A stretch of DNA of 64,000 nt from Candidatus Berkelbacteria bacterium (GTDB taxonomy: Bacteria; Patescibacteriota; UBA1384; CAILIB01). Position numbers and translations under genes: made by a program. The stretch covers positions 336 through 64,335 of the forward strand of contig JAYUZR010000020.1 of the NCBI GenBank assembly GCA_043751595.1. The letters run 5' to 3'. The notes under the pieces were generated by a model. It had not been told where the DNA came from and searched no databases. It worked only from the letters and a program-made list of their open reading frames with translations. Positions within the stretch are counted from its first letter, which is position 1. Every line of letters starts with the position of its first letter. Below, in pieces: positions 27,142 to 37,614 of the stretch.

Positions 27142-30096
27142 ATGCCACTTACCAAAATTAGAAAGCGCGACGGCTCCGTCGTTCCGTTCGATGTCGTCAA
27201 AATCCGCGTTGCAATGGAAAAAGCCATCCGTGAGGTAAATCCTCTGGCCGATCTCCGCGGCATGGATATTATGGCCGACCACGTTGTTCGCCACATTGAG
27301 CTTGCCTTCCCAAATAGCCTTCCCGATGTAGAAAAGGTACAAGATTTAGCAGAACAAACGCTTATGGAATTCGGGCTGTTTGATGTAGCCAAGGCCTACA
27401 TTCTCTACCGTGCCGAGCACACCAAGGTACGCCAAACGCAGCCAGATCCCGCTGTTGCAGCTGGCCGTTCTGTTCAGTATCAACTCAATACCGGAGAAGA
27501 AAAGCAACTCGATCGCAATGTACTTCGCCGTCGCTTTGAGAGCGCTGCACGTTATGTAGAAGATGCCGCTCCCCTTAATTTTGATGCCCTGGTAAACCAA
27601 GCCGAAAGTGCCTTGTACGATGGCATGAGTGAGCGCGATCTCCAGCTTACCCTCATCATGGCCGCTCGTAGCTTTATCGAGCGAGATCCTGCCTACGATC
27701 GTCTCTCTGCCCGCCTCACCCTCGAAATGGTCCGCCTCGAGGTACTCGGCAGCACCAAGCCAGAGGCCTACGCAGAGCGCTTCGCCAGTAATTTGCAAAA
27801 GGCAGTAGATGAAGGCCGCGTCGATAAAGAACTGCTCACCTTCGATCTAGAAACCCTTGCCAAAGCACTAGTTCCGGAGCGCGATTACCTCTTCGATTTC
27901 ATGGGAGCACAGGTAGTGTACGATCGCTACTTCCTTCGCGCACAAGGTAGCGAGCTTCGCATCGAGGCTCCCCAAACCTTCTGGATGCGCATTGCCATGG
28001 GTCTTTCCCTTGCCGAGGCTCCAGAAAAGCGTACCGAGTGGGCGATCAAGTTTTACAATATTCTTTCCACCCTTCGCTACACACCTTCTACTCCTACCCT
28101 TTTCCACGCTGGCACCACCTACCCACAACTTTCTTCCTGCTACCTCAATATGGTAGAGGACGATCTCGGGCACATCTTCAAAGTCTACGGCGATAACGCT
28201 CAGCTCTCCAAGTACTCTGGCGGAATCGGAACGAGCTGGACCAAAATCCGTGCTACCGGCGCCCTCATTAAGAGTACCAATCTCGAGAGCCAGGGAGTCG
28301 TCCCATTCTTGCGCATCGCAAACGATGTAAACATTGCCATTAACCGCAGTGGCAAGCGCCGCGGAGCCGCCTGTGTCTACCTAGAAACCTGGCACTACGA
28401 AGTAGAAGACTTCCTCGATCTTCGCAAGAATACTGGCGACGAGCGCCGCCGCACCCACGATATCAACACCGCTCACTGGATTCCCGATCTCTTCATGAAG
28501 CGCGTCGCCAGCGATAGCGAGTGGACCCTCTTTAGTCCAGAAGAAGTTGAAGATCTTAACGATATCTTCGGCAAAGCCTTCGAGCTTAAGTATGTAGAGT
28601 ACGAAAAGATGGCCGACGAAGGTCAGATTCGCCTCTTTAAGCGTATTCGCGCCCGAGATCTTTGGCGCAAAATGATCTCCATGCTCTTTGAAACTGGCCA
28701 CCCTTGGGTCACCTTTAAAGACGCCTGCAACATCCGCTCCCCTCAAGATCACGTTGGTGTTATTCACAACTCAAATCTCTGCACCGAGATCACCCTCAAT
28801 AACTCCAAAGAGGAAACAGCCGTTTGCAACATTGGTTCAGTCAATCTTTCTCGCCACCTTACAAACGGTACCTTCGATTACACCCTCCTTGAAGAAACGG
28901 TTACCATCGCTATCCGCATGCTGGATAACACGATCGACCCTAACTTCTACCCAACCGAAGAAACTCGACTGGCCAACATGCGCCATCGTCCAATCGGCCT
29001 TGGTATTATGGGCTTCCAAGATGCCCTCTACGTGCTTGATATCGATTTTGAATCCGAAGAAGCGATTCGCTTTGCCGACGAGAACATGGAGTTCATCTCC
29101 TATCACGCTATCAAAGCATCTGCTCTTATCGCTAAAGAAAAGGGTGCCTACGCAAGCTTTAAGGGCTCTAAGTGGGATCGCGGATTCTTCCCAGTCGATA
29201 CCCTCAACCTACTAGAAGAAGCTCGCGGCATTCCTATCAGCGTTAACCGCTCCGGCAAGCTCGATTGGGCTCCTGTTCGTGCCCTAGTGGCCGAGCACGG
29301 CCTGCGCAACTCAAACATGATGGCCGTTGCTCCTACCGCAACTATCTCCAACATTAATGGCTGCTTCCCAACTATCGAGCCGGCCTACAAAAACCTCTAC
29401 GTTAAGTCCAATATGAGTGGCGAGTTTACTGTCGTAAACGAGTACCTCGTAAACGATCTCAAGCGCCTAGGTCTTTGGAATCAAACCATGCTCGAGGCCA
29501 TTAAGGCGGCCGATGGTTCAGTCCAAGATGTAACCACCATCCCACCCAAGCTCCGTGCCAAGTATAAAACTGCCTTCGAGATTAATCCTCAATCCCTTCT
29601 TAAGGTAGCTGCCTACCGTGGAAAATGGATCGATCAATCTCAGAGCCTTAATATCTTCTTCCAGGGTTCTTCTGGGCGCGCACTAGCCGATGTCTATCTT
29701 TCTGCTTGGCACCTAGGCCTTAAAACCACCTACTACCTTCGTACGATGGGCGCTAGCAACATCGAAAAGAGCACGATCGATATTTCCGCGCAGACTATCA
29801 TTCATAAGGAAAAGGTTCTCCCAGTGGCAGCTCCAGTAGCTTCATTCACCGCACCTGCTATTGTACCTCCAGTAGTAGCTGAACCCGAGCCGATCATGGC
29901 TCAGGAAGAAGATCCTAAGCCTGTTGGTGTGGTAATTACTGAAGCAAGTTACGCTCAAGAAAAAAGTGAAGCACCGCAACCCGCTTTCGCGTTCTCAATG
30001 GCAAACTTCTCAGTTCCTACCCTAACCCTTGGCGACGACGCGCTTCCAGTTAAGGCCTGCCTCATTGAAGACCCAGACTGCGAATCCTGCCAATAA
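27142..30096 (+). CDS. nrdA: Ribonucleoside-diphosphate reductase alpha subunit (class I, with N-terminal ATP-cone and C-terminal Cys tail)
   Basis: ATP-cone KIRKRDGSVVPFDVVKI, active-site region NLCTEI, C-terminal DPDCESCQ. 984 aa. Confidence 0.9.
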   Translation: MPLTKIRKRDGSVVPFDVVKIRVAMEKAIREVNPLADLRGMDIMADHVVRHIELAFPNSLPDVEKVQDLAEQTLMEFGLFDVAKAYILYRAEHTKVRQTQPDPAVAAGRSVQYQLNTGEEKQLDRNVLRRRFESAARYVEDAAPLNFDALVNQAESALYDGMSERDLQLTLIMAARSFIERDPAYDRLSARLTLEMVRLEVLGSTKPEAYAERFASNLQKAVDEGRVDKELLTFDLETLAKALVPERDYLFDFMGAQVVYDRYFLRAQGSELRIEAPQTFWMRIAMGLSLAEAPEKRTEWAIKFYNILSTLRYTPSTPTLFHAGTTYPQLSSCYLNMVEDDLGHIFKVYGDNAQLSKYSGGIGTSWTKIRATGALIKSTNLESQGVVPFLRIANDVNIAINRSGKRRGAACVYLETWHYEVEDFLDLRKNTGDERRRTHDINTAHWIPDLFMKRVASDSEWTLFSPEEVEDLNDIFGKAFELKYVEYEKMADEGQIRLFKRIRARDLWRKMISMLFETGHPWVTFKDACNIRSPQDHVGVIHNSNLCTEITLNNSKEETAVCNIGSVNLSRHLTNGTFDYTLLEETVTIAIRMLDNTIDPNFYPTEETRLANMRHRPIGLGIMGFQDALYVLDIDFESEEAIRFADENMEFISYHAIKASALIAKEKGAYASFKGSKWDRGFFPVDTLNLLEEARGIPISVNRSGKLDWAPVRALVAEHGLRNSNMMAVAPTATISNINGCFPTIEPAYKNLYVKSNMSGEFTVVNEYLVNDLKRLGLWNQTMLEAIKAADGSVQDVTTIPPKLRAKYKTAFEINPQSLLKVAAYRGKWIDQSQSLNIFFQGSSGRALADVYLSAWHLGLKTTYYLRTMGASNIEKSTIDISAQTIIHKEKVLPVAAPVASFTAPAIVPPVVAEPEPIMAQEEDPKPVGVVITEASYAQEKSEAPQPAFAFSMANFSVPTLTLGDDALPVKACLIEDPDCESCQ

Positions 30097-30128
30097 GTTT
30101 AGTCAAAGTCAGTACATAACACTTATTT

Positions 30129-31139
30129 ATGCCTCCTCAGCAAAAATCCCTCCTCAACGCGGGGTCTGATACCGACCCCAACAAGATTCTTCCCATTAAG
30201 TACCATTGGGCCCGCAAGCACTATAAGGCTGGCGTCGCCAATAACTGGACTCCAGACGAAATCGCCATGCAAAGCGATATTGAACTCTGGAAGCACCCAA
30301 CTGGTCTTTCACCAGAAGAGCGCCGCCTCATCATGTGGAATATGGGATTCTTCTCAACCGCTGAATCCCTTACGGCCAACAACATCGTAATGTCCATTTA
30401 CAAGCACCTCACTAACCCCGAGTGCCGACAATACTTGTTGCGCCAAGCCTACGAAGAAGCGGTTCACACCGATACCTTCATCTACTGCTGCGATTCTCTC
30501 GGACTCGACCCAGAAGAGGTGTACACCATGTACATGTCCATTCCATCTATTCATTCTAAGGACGAGTTTGTCGTAGAGATGACAAAGTCGGTAATGGACC
30601 CCAACTTCAAAACCGATAGTCCTGCCCAAATACAACGTTTCGTGCACGATCTTATCGGCTACTACGTTATCATGGAGGGCATCTTCTTCTATGCCGGGTT
30701 TGTAATGATGCTTTCTTTCGCCCGCCAAAACAAGATGGTCGGTGTAGCAGAGCAGTTCCAATACATCTTGCGCGATGAATCCGTTCACCTTGCCTTCGGC
30801 GCCGATGTAGTCAATACCATTATTGATGAAAACCCAGAAATCTGGACTCCTGCCTTCCAGCAAGAGGTGAGTAAGAATATCCGTGATGCGGTCGAGCTCG
30901 AGGTAGCTTACGCACACGACTGCATGCCTAAGGGCATTTTGGGTCTAAACGCTGAAGCTGTGGCGCAATATGTTCGCTATGTGGCTGATCGCCGCCTAGA
31001 GCGCATCCGCCTTCCCCGTATTTACGGCGATGCCAATCCATTCCCATGGATGAGTGAGATTATGGATCTCAAAAAGGAGAAGAACTTCTTCGAAACCCGC
31101 GTAACCGAATACCAGACGGCTGGTAATCTTGAGTGGTAG
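30129..31139 (+). CDS. nrdB: Ribonucleoside-diphosphate reductase beta subunit (class Ia)
   Basis: Ferritin-like di-iron ligands (EEAVHTDTF, DESVHLAF) and a radical-Tyr context GIFFYAGF. Confidence 0.9.
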   Translation: MPPQQKSLLNAGSDTDPNKILPIKYHWARKHYKAGVANNWTPDEIAMQSDIELWKHPTGLSPEERRLIMWNMGFFSTAESLTANNIVMSIYKHLTNPECRQYLLRQAYEEAVHTDTFIYCCDSLGLDPEEVYTMYMSIPSIHSKDEFVVEMTKSVMDPNFKTDSPAQIQRFVHDLIGYYVIMEGIFFYAGFVMMLSFARQNKMVGVAEQFQYILRDESVHLAFGADVVNTIIDENPEIWTPAFQQEVSKNIRDAVELEVAYAHDCMPKGILGLNAEAVAQYVRYVADRRLERIRLPRIYGDANPFPWMSEIMDLKKEKNFFETRVTEYQTAGNLEW

Positions 31140-32233
31140 GAAGAAAACGATTCATAACCCTCGATCTATTAAGGGGCTTTCTTCTCATTGCCGTCTGCGT
31201 TAATCACGCACAGCGCACACCCGGAATCTTAGAGTACCTCACCGGTGGTGGGGTACTCTGGGTTTCGGGGGCAGAGCTTTTCTTTATTCTTTCCGGATTC
31301 ACGTTTAGCTATGTGCGAAAAAAGACCTTAGCCGAAAAAGGCTTTGGTGAAGTACTGAAGAAAAGCTTAACCCGCGCACTCGGCATCTACGTTCTTACTA
31401 TCATCGCAAGTTGTATCACCCTTCTCATTGCCGATGCCGTAGATTGCCAAGTTGGCATCCGAAACGGAGGAGCGTCGGTCTGCAGTACGCTTACTTGGCA
31501 AGCTTTTAGTGATGTTGCCACTCTACAAAAAACCGTTTACTGGGTGGCGATGCTTGGCTATTACACGCTCTATGTAGCGCTCGCCCCATTGGCATTACTG
31601 CTTTTGCAGCGGAAGGCATGGTACATCCTTCTCACCATTTCCACCGGCATCTTCCTCCTTCGCGATCAGTCACCCATCCTTATTTACCAGCTCCTCTTCA
31701 GCCTAGGCCTTATCCTTGGCTGGTATTTTAGACCGCTCCTTGCACCAAGTAAAAAGGCAACCTATCTCCTAACACTGGCTGGTTTCTGGAGCCTTATTAC
31801 CTATGCGCTTAGCCTCGCACTAAACGAAGGCACCCTCGCCCGAGCCATGCCGCAGGCGCACCGTTGGTATCAAACCTTTTGGGCACCGTATTTTGATCGC
31901 ACTGAAATGGACTTCCCCAGGCTTGCCATGGCCGTCCTGTGGTTTCTAAGCCTATTCTACTTTTTCACTAGGTTCGAGCAGCCAATTAACCGAGCCCTGG
32001 GCTGGCTTCTTCTTCCTTTTGGGCGAGACTCGCTCTGGACCTTCGCATTACATGCGCCACTTGTCTTTGCTCTCAATATTTTTATTGTTTTTGATAATGC
32101 TGGGAGAATTAGCAATACCCTGCAATCAGTTGTAATTATTGCCGTTCTTTATTTGTTAGTATGGATAAAGAACCAGATCAGCCAACTCATAAACCATGCA
32201 TACCAGTCTCGAAGAATTACGATTGAAGCTTAA
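31133..32233 (+). CDS. Acyltransferase-3/OpgC-like integral membrane protein
   Basis: N-terminal FITLDLLRGFLLIAVCVNH and a 10-TM profile. Overlaps nrdB by 7 nt. Confidence 0.55.
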   Translation: MVGRKRFITLDLLRGFLLIAVCVNHAQRTPGILEYLTGGGVLWVSGAELFFILSGFTFSYVRKKTLAEKGFGEVLKKSLTRALGIYVLTIIASCITLLIADAVDCQVGIRNGGASVCSTLTWQAFSDVATLQKTVYWVAMLGYYTLYVALAPLALLLLQRKAWYILLTISTGIFLLRDQSPILIYQLLFSLGLILGWYFRPLLAPSKKATYLLTLAGFWSLITYALSLALNEGTLARAMPQAHRWYQTFWAPYFDRTEMDFPRLAMAVLWFLSLFYFFTRFEQPINRALGWLLLPFGRDSLWTFALHAPLVFALNIFIVFDNAGRISNTLQSVVIIAVLYLLVWIKNQISQLINHAYQSRRITIEA

Positions 32234-32453
32234 TGAAGCAGCTCAAAGCATAGAAATTGGTGGGCACTATATGCATTACAAAACTCCCACAACCACGTAC
32301 GAGGTTAAGGAGTTAGTAATTAACGAAGCAGACGAACAACTACTTGTTCTGTATTTTCCCGTAGTTAGTCCGGAGACTGTTTTTGCCCGCCCTCTCACAA
32401 GCTGGCTTGAAGAAGTTGGTCCTGGCGTACGTCGGTTTAGGACGCTTCAATAA
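32196..32453 (+). CDS. DUF1653 domain protein
   Basis: [35 protein letters not shown]...[13 protein letters not shown] fits the PF07866 consensus. Overlaps the upstream gene by 38 nt; start uncertain. Confidence 0.5.
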   Translation: MHTSLEELRLKLNEAAQSIEIGGHYMHYKTPTTTYEVKELVINEADEQLLVLYFPVVSPETVFARPLTSWLEEVGPGVRRFRTLQ

Positions 32454-33378
32454 AATTGAGCGCCAGCGAGTTCATGCAGTAGCGAAGGCCAGTTGGCTCG
32501 GGGCCATCATTAAAGACATGACCCAAGTGGGACTGACAACGACCACAAACTACTTCGTCGCGAACCATGCCGTGCGAAGTATCGCCCTCAAGCGCGATGG
32601 CATCTGGAGAAGCGGTCTGCCAAAAGCTAGGCCAGCCGGTGCCGGAATCAAACTTTTCTTCTGAATTAAATAGTAGCTGACCACAAGCACCACAGAAGTA
32701 CTGGCCCTCTTCGTGATTATCCCAGTACTCGTTGCGGAAGGCAGGCTCAGTACCATGCCCACGCAGTACTTCGAACTTCTCGGGACTCAGTACTTCTTGC
32801 CACTCTTCTGGGGTTTGGGGTAGGGGTTCGCGTAAATATGACATAGGAGGTGTAGTGCGGAGAAAAGCTTGGTGCTTTGTCCGTAGTTTAGAAAGTTTAG
32901 GAACGATCACTACATTGCAGTAGCCCATACTCGGGTTACGAGCATAGTACTGCTGATGTGATTCTTCCGCCGGATAAAATGGGACTACTTCTTCAAGTAC
33001 CGTAACGAGAGGATCTGGATAGGCCTCTGTAAGCTCAGTCATAACCTGCTCAGCAACCGCCAGCTGCTCTTCGGTTCCAAAGATACACGAGCGATATTCA
33101 ATTCCCACATCGGCCCCCTGGCGGTTAAGCGAGGTCGGATCGTGAGTAGTAAAAAATACCTCGAGTATATCGTGCAGACTAATAACCTCAGCATCAAAGA
33201 TAAGCTCGAGCACTTCGGCGTGCGTATTGCCGGCGCTATGCAGGTCTCGGTAGGTTGGGAACTCTTTTTGTCCGCCAGCATAGCCGCAAAGGGTATGGAG
33301 CACTCCATTAATCTGACTAAAAACTGCTTCGGTGCACCAGAAGCACCCGCCACCAAGAATAATTCGTTCAGGCTTCAT
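32437..33378 (-). CDS. msrAB: Bifunctional peptide methionine sulfoxide reductase, MsrA-MsrB fusion
   Basis: N-terminal GGGCFWC (MsrA), C-terminal CGACG...GWPSF...[17 protein letters not shown] (MsrB). Confidence 0.9.
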   Translation of the reverse strand: MKPERIILGGGCFWCTEAVFSQINGVLHTLCGYAGGQKEFPTYRDLHSAGNTHAEVLELIFDAEVISLHDILEVFFTTHDPTSLNRQGADVGIEYRSCIFGTEEQLAVAEQVMTELTEAYPDPLVTVLEEVVPFYPAEESHQQYYARNPSMGYCNVVIVPKLSKLRTKHQAFLRTTPPMSYLREPLPQTPEEWQEVLSPEKFEVLRGHGTEPAFRNEYWDNHEEGQYFCGACGQLLFNSEEKFDSGTGWPSFWQTASPDAIALEGDTSHGMVRDEVVCGRCQSHLGHVFNDGPEPTGLRYCMNSLALNFIEAS

Positions 33379-34030
33379 GAGTACGCTTTAGAGGTAATCG
33401 TTCTTTAAGCTTTGCACCAAGACCCACCAGATGAGGGAAGATAAACTCAGTTACTGCAAGCTTTAAGGCAAAGAATACACCGATATTACCGGCAATCAAC
33501 ATGGTAAAGGTAAAGGCATTCCCCACTGAAAGCAGGGCGCGATAGATGAGGAAGGAGCTCATCATGCACAAGGTATGGATGATGATAAAGCCTGCAATCG
33601 TGCGTAGCACTTGGGTTTGAGGAGCCGAAAACCCTTGGCTAAAGACAATTTTAGCCGCCATTTTACGCTCGGCCTTAACCTTGGTAACTTTTGAAACCTT
33701 AACCAAGCGCACAATTTCAATTCCCAAAATAATAAGAACAGCCAATGTTACCAACGCCAGCGCTCCTAAGAAGTAAAAGCTATGCCAAATTACTAATTGA
33801 TCAAGCGAAGCGTCGCGCGAACTTAGTACCCAGAGCAGAGCAAACGAAAGTACTACCTGAGAAAAGAAGGCGACAAACTTAAACCACGGCCAGTAGCCAA
33901 GCAACGTAAGGGCAATGGAGTAGCCGCCAAGAACGAGCAACGATTGCAGCAACGCAACTGTAACTGCAACCACTCCGCTTACTTCGGACTGAGGGCTCAA
34001 CAGGTTTACTAGCGCATCGTACAATAACAT
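33368..34030 (-). CDS. Hypothetical integral membrane protein
   Basis: Hydrophobic ORF. Start moved to the internal Met ([11 protein letters not shown]). Confidence 0.5.
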   Translation of the reverse strand: MLLYDALVNLLSPQSEVSGVVAVTVALLQSLLVLGGYSIALTLLGYWPWFKFVAFFSQVVLSFALLWVLSSRDASLDQLVIWHSFYFLGALALVTLAVLIILGIEIVRLVKVSKVTKVKAERKMAAKIVFSQGFSAPQTQVLRTIAGFIIIHTLCMMSSFLIYRALLSVGNAFTFTMLIAGNIGVFFALKLAVTEFIFPHLVGLGAKLKERLPLKRTHEA

Positions 34031-34052
34031 ACGAATATGATACCGTACCTGT

Positions 34053-35006
34053 ATGATTGTCGTCACCTCATACCCCACTCCCGATCTCGATGGTGTTGCC
34101 TGCAGCATTGCCTACGCCGAGCTTCTCCAGGCTCAAAACCGGCCAGCGCAAGCCTTCATTGAAGGAGCCCCTCATCTGGTGGCCCAGCACATTCTTGCTA
34201 AGGCAGGTCTTTCCTTCCAAGATTTTGAGCACCTACCAAACGAGATCTCAGAAGTCTTTTACACCGACGATTCTTTCATCGATTCCGTCCCTGTTGCCAT
34301 CGATCCCTATCAAATTACCGAAATCGTAGATCATCATTCCGATGGTCGCCCGGAAGAGTTTCCCAATCTTGTTACTATTCAAAATGAAGAAGTTGGCGCG
34401 GCGGCCACCCTTATTGCCGAAAAGTTTAAAGCAGGCGGCGTGGACCCAACTAAGGCCAGCGCATTACTGCTATACGGCGCCATTATCGATAACTCGCTCA
34501 ACTTCTCAACCAGCAACACCAGCGATCGAGATAGAGAAATGGCTACCTGGCTTCGTCAGCTCCACCAGCTTTCCTCCGAAGACGAACTAGCCAGCGAAAT
34601 CTTTACTACCCGAAGCGAGCTTACCGATTCAGAAATAGTGCAGTGCTTAATTGAAGATAACTTCCCTATTAAAGGGCTCGCCGAAGGCTACTCGCTAGCG
34701 GTTGGCCAGCTTGAAATCTCATTTGAGCATTCCGGCATACTAGAGAAGGGCGCCTTACTCGCTCGCGCAACCAAGGGCATTGCCTCGCGCTACGATTGCA
34801 AGCAAAGTGCCGCCATCTTAGTTGATCTAAGCGCCGATAGATCGCACATCATTACCCTCACTCCAGAGCTTGCCCGTCTCTTTGCCAATGCCATTGAGGG
34901 ATCAAATTTGCTCGATGCCTGCCAGCTAGAACTGCCACACAGAATGCAGCGAAAAACAATTGTCCCCCTCTTCCGCAGCCACCTTGAGCACATCTTCAGT
35001 GCATAA
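34053..35006 (+). CDS. ppaC: DHH-family phosphoesterase, Mn-dependent inorganic pyrophosphatase (family II)-like
   Basis: N-terminal SYPTPDLDGVACSIAYAELL, DHH motif EIVDHHSDG, and a DHHA2-type C-terminal region. 317 aa. Confidence 0.6.
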   Translation: MIVVTSYPTPDLDGVACSIAYAELLQAQNRPAQAFIEGAPHLVAQHILAKAGLSFQDFEHLPNEISEVFYTDDSFIDSVPVAIDPYQITEIVDHHSDGRPEEFPNLVTIQNEEVGAAATLIAEKFKAGGVDPTKASALLLYGAIIDNSLNFSTSNTSDRDREMATWLRQLHQLSSEDELASEIFTTRSELTDSEIVQCLIEDNFPIKGLAEGYSLAVGQLEISFEHSGILEKGALLARATKGIASRYDCKQSAAILVDLSADRSHIITLTPELARLFANAIEGSNLLDACQLELPHRMQRKTIVPLFRSHLEHIFSA

Positions 35007-35046
35007 ACGGCGCCAGCTTTTTCTCCTCCTCTTTTTTGTGCTGAGC

Positions 35047-35526
35047 TGGATGACGGTAGGGTATGATATTCCCTTTCTCTACACTACCGTTCCACCCCAG
35101 CTCTGGCCTTTCATCGCCGTCTGCCCGCTGTATCCCCCGCTCCTGGCTCGCTACCTACTAAAAGGCAACCGCAAAGAAGATGCCGCCGATACCATTGGCC
35201 TTCTTGGTTGTGCAGTATATGGCATCTTAAGCATTGCCTACTACACCATCCAGCCCTTCTTTCCCCTCCTTGTTCTTTCTATGATCTGGGTAGCAGGCTA
35301 CGGTACACTTGCCCTTTTCTCGCGACCTATCCAATCACTCAGACTACGATTACTGGCCTTACTCTGGATTTTCGCCGCACTCAGCGCGCAGTATCTTACC
35401 AACACCTTTGGCTATTTTGATTTTAGCCAGTTACCCGCAGGGGCTATCGGCTGGTTTTACGTCGCCGGAATTATCTTGGCCGTAGCACTTACCCTGGCAC
35501 CCTACCGACGAACCATCGTTCGGTGA
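35047..35526 (+). CDS. Hypothetical membrane protein
   Basis: Hydrophobic ORF. The start is uncertain: the ORF opens at 34960 inside ppaC. Confidence 0.4.
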   Translation, partial: WMTVGYDIPFLYTTVPPQLWPFIAVCPLYPPLLARYLLKGNRKEDAADTIGLLGCAVYGILSIAYYTIQPFFPLLVLSMIWVAGYGTLALFSRPIQSLRLRLLALLWIFAALSAQYLTNTFGYFDFSQLPAGAIGWFYVAGIILAVALTLAPYRRTIVR

Positions 35527-36251
35527 GCCACCTTCTTCTCCACTGCCTCGGCTAGTAAATCTTTGTATTCCATCTCACTTGGGGCAATTTTAAGCGCCTT
35601 TTTAAACGAAGATTCAGCCTTGGCATATTGGCGCATTGCCAAATACGCCATCCCAAGATTAGCGTGACGAGAAGCATTGGCTTCATCTAACCGCACCGAT
35701 TGCTCGAAGACGCGCACTGCCTCGGCAAACTTATCTTGATGATACAAAACTAAGCCTAAGTTATTAAGCAGATTGCCGTTATCGGGATCGGTCTTCAGCG
35801 CCTGGCGAAAAGCAGCTTCGGCGTCGGTATAATCTTCGCCCAGCTCGAGATAGATGACACCAAGACGAGCATAGGCCTTACTGCAACGCGGATCTTCAGC
35901 CGCAATTTTTACATAGGATTCTTCGGCGGCCTTATATTCACCCTTTCTAAAATGAGCATCGGCTTCGTCCATTAGCTTTTGCAGAGGCTCGGGCAACGAA
36001 GGGGTTTTTGGCTCAACAGGATCGTTATACCTTGCCTGGGTATGCAGCGGATCTGGAAGCGAGCGCATCGGAACATCTTCCATAAAATCTTTCATCGATT
36101 GCTTAGCCGCTGAGCGGGGCTGAGCTGGAGCTTTTTCTTTCTTAATACGAGGCTCTCCCCTACCACTGAAAAGGCGCGCGCGAACTTCTTGCCAATCTAT
36201 AAAAAGACTAACAAGGATAAGAACGAGAAGTGCGACAACGTAGGGAAGCAT
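35502..36251 (-). CDS. Tetratricopeptide-repeat protein with N-terminal TM anchor
   Basis: Several TPR units (AYARLGVIYLELGEDYTDAEAAFRQALKTDPDNGN...). Confidence 0.7.
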   Translation of the reverse strand: MLPYVVALLVLILVSLFIDWQEVRARLFSGRGEPRIKKEKAPAQPRSAAKQSMKDFMEDVPMRSLPDPLHTQARYNDPVEPKTPSLPEPLQKLMDEADAHFRKGEYKAAEESYVKIAAEDPRCSKAYARLGVIYLELGEDYTDAEAAFRQALKTDPDNGNLLNNLGLVLYHQDKFAEAVRVFEQSVRLDEANASRHANLGMAYLAMRQYAKAESSFKKALKIAPSEMEYKDLLAEAVEKKVAHRTMVRR

Positions 36252-36254
36252 TCG

Positions 36255-36782
36255 TTAAGGTTTAGTGAACAACGGTAGCGTATCACTCCTGATACCCTGA
36301 TGGACAGATGGCACGAGCGACAAGGTATCGCGAAGGAGTTGGCGATCATCTGGATTCTCGATCGAATACGAAGTAAGGACTGATTTCCAGGGTGTTTGCG
36401 ATGCGCCCTTACTAACCACTACCATCTGCACCCGTGAGCGAATGGTGGGTAATACGCCATCTTTTTCTGCTAATAAAATGAGGTGCACCCCCGGTGGTGG
36501 CTCCTCGAGCGTTTTAAGGAGGGTATTTGCCGCTTCGCGCAGCAGGCGATCTGCCTGTGGGATAATTACCATTCTTCCCTTTTCTCCCACAGCACTTACC
36601 TGGACAAAACGTCGTAGCTCTTGTGCCAGTTGCACCGAGGGCACGTTAGTAAGATTTTCTGGAGCCCAAAAATCGGCCGGATGCACCAGCTCGGCGCAAG
36701 CATCGGCAATTACTCGCCACTCAGCACTTGGCGCAAGAAAAAGCCAGGCCGGAAAGGAAAAAACAGCAGGTAATTTCACCAC
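36255..36782 (-). CDS. holB: Short DNA polymerase III delta-prime (HolB)-like protein lacking the P-loop region
   Basis: LLKTLEEPPPGVHLILL and LPTIRSRVQ clamp-loader motifs. Only 175 aa. Confidence 0.55.
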   Translation of the reverse strand: MVKLPAVFSFPAWLFLAPSAEWRVIADACAELVHPADFWAPENLTNVPSVQLAQELRRFVQVSAVGEKGRMVIIPQADRLLREAANTLLKTLEEPPPGVHLILLAEKDGVLPTIRSRVQMVVVSKGASQTPWKSVLTSYSIENPDDRQLLRDTLSLVPSVHQGIRSDTLPLFTKP

Positions 36783-36813
36783 ACCAGACTAGCACCTTGT
36801 AAGCACCCTCACC

Positions 36814-37290
36814 ATGGTGTACACCTTAACCATGCAAGATAGCGTTCCACCACAACCTTCTTCCCCCGTCCGTAGCTCGCGCATTCCTGAGAAAAAGGAG
36901 ATTATTACTCCTAAGTTTCAGGACATGGTGTTGTTTGATGAACGAACCGGCGAGCCTTTTGTCTTTAGTGCCAAGCAGCAAGAATATTTTACCGATCAGG
37001 GTCTACAAACCATCCCCAATAAAACTCCCGCTCGCCGCAAAGAGAACGAGCTTAAGCGCTACGAAGGCAAGGAGCTTATTAAGGTTACCTGCAAAGTCTG
37101 CAAGAAAATCGGAAAAGTACTGCAAGAGGTAGCCGATCCCGAAGAAGTATACTGCGACGAATGCTTCGCCAAGGCCTGGCAGGCCCGCCTCGATTCCGAC
37201 CCTGTCTTTGCCGCCCAGTTTGCCGAAGAAGAAGCTGCCGCCGACGCCGAGCTTGAACGACTCAAGCAAGAATCTGAGTTACGGAATTAA
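36814..37290 (+). CDS. Hypothetical zinc-ribbon protein (CxxC-x17-CxxC)
   Basis: CKVCKK...CDEC pair and an acidic C-terminus. Confidence 0.5.
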   Translation: MVYTLTMQDSVPPQPSSPVRSSRIPEKKEIITPKFQDMVLFDERTGEPFVFSAKQQEYFTDQGLQTIPNKTPARRKENELKRYEGKELIKVTCKVCKKIGKVLQEVADPEEVYCDECFAKAWQARLDSDPVFAAQFAEEEAAADAELERLKQESELRN

Positions 37291-37322
37291 AAAAATGGCT
37301 ACCTATGCGGTGGCCATTTTTT
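37290..37322. terminator. Bidirectional terminator
   Basis: AAAAA-ATGGCTACC-TATGC-GGTGGCCAT-TTTTT; also covers the last codons of rpmB. Confidence 0.65.
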
Positions 37323-37491
37323 CTTGCATCTGACGAGACGCGGTTTTGATGGTGCGGATGCAGCGAGTGCAAACCATCATGCCTTGTACCTTTTGGATAT
37401 TTGGCTGGAAAAACCGCGGAGTCTTGTGCTGGGACTTAGGGATGTTGCGTCCAGCAACTGGACCCTTCCCGCATAGCTGACATTTAGACAT
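37303..37491 (-). CDS. rpmB: 50S ribosomal protein L28
   Basis: MSKCQLCGKGPVAGRNIPKSQHKTPRFFQPNIQKV...MVCTRCIRT. Start chosen at MSKC rather than the ORF-track start. Confidence 0.75.
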   Translation of the reverse strand: MSKCQLCGKGPVAGRNIPKSQHKTPRFFQPNIQKVQGMMVCTRCIRTIKTASRQMQEKMATA

Positions 37492-37614
37492 GACGCGCGT
37501 AACAAATGATTGAAAGTACTGTGGGACACTACCAGGTATAGAAGAGATGTGCAAGATTAAGGAGGGTACGTATACGTTAAGTGCCGCTCACGATACATCG
37601 TGAGCGGCACTTGG

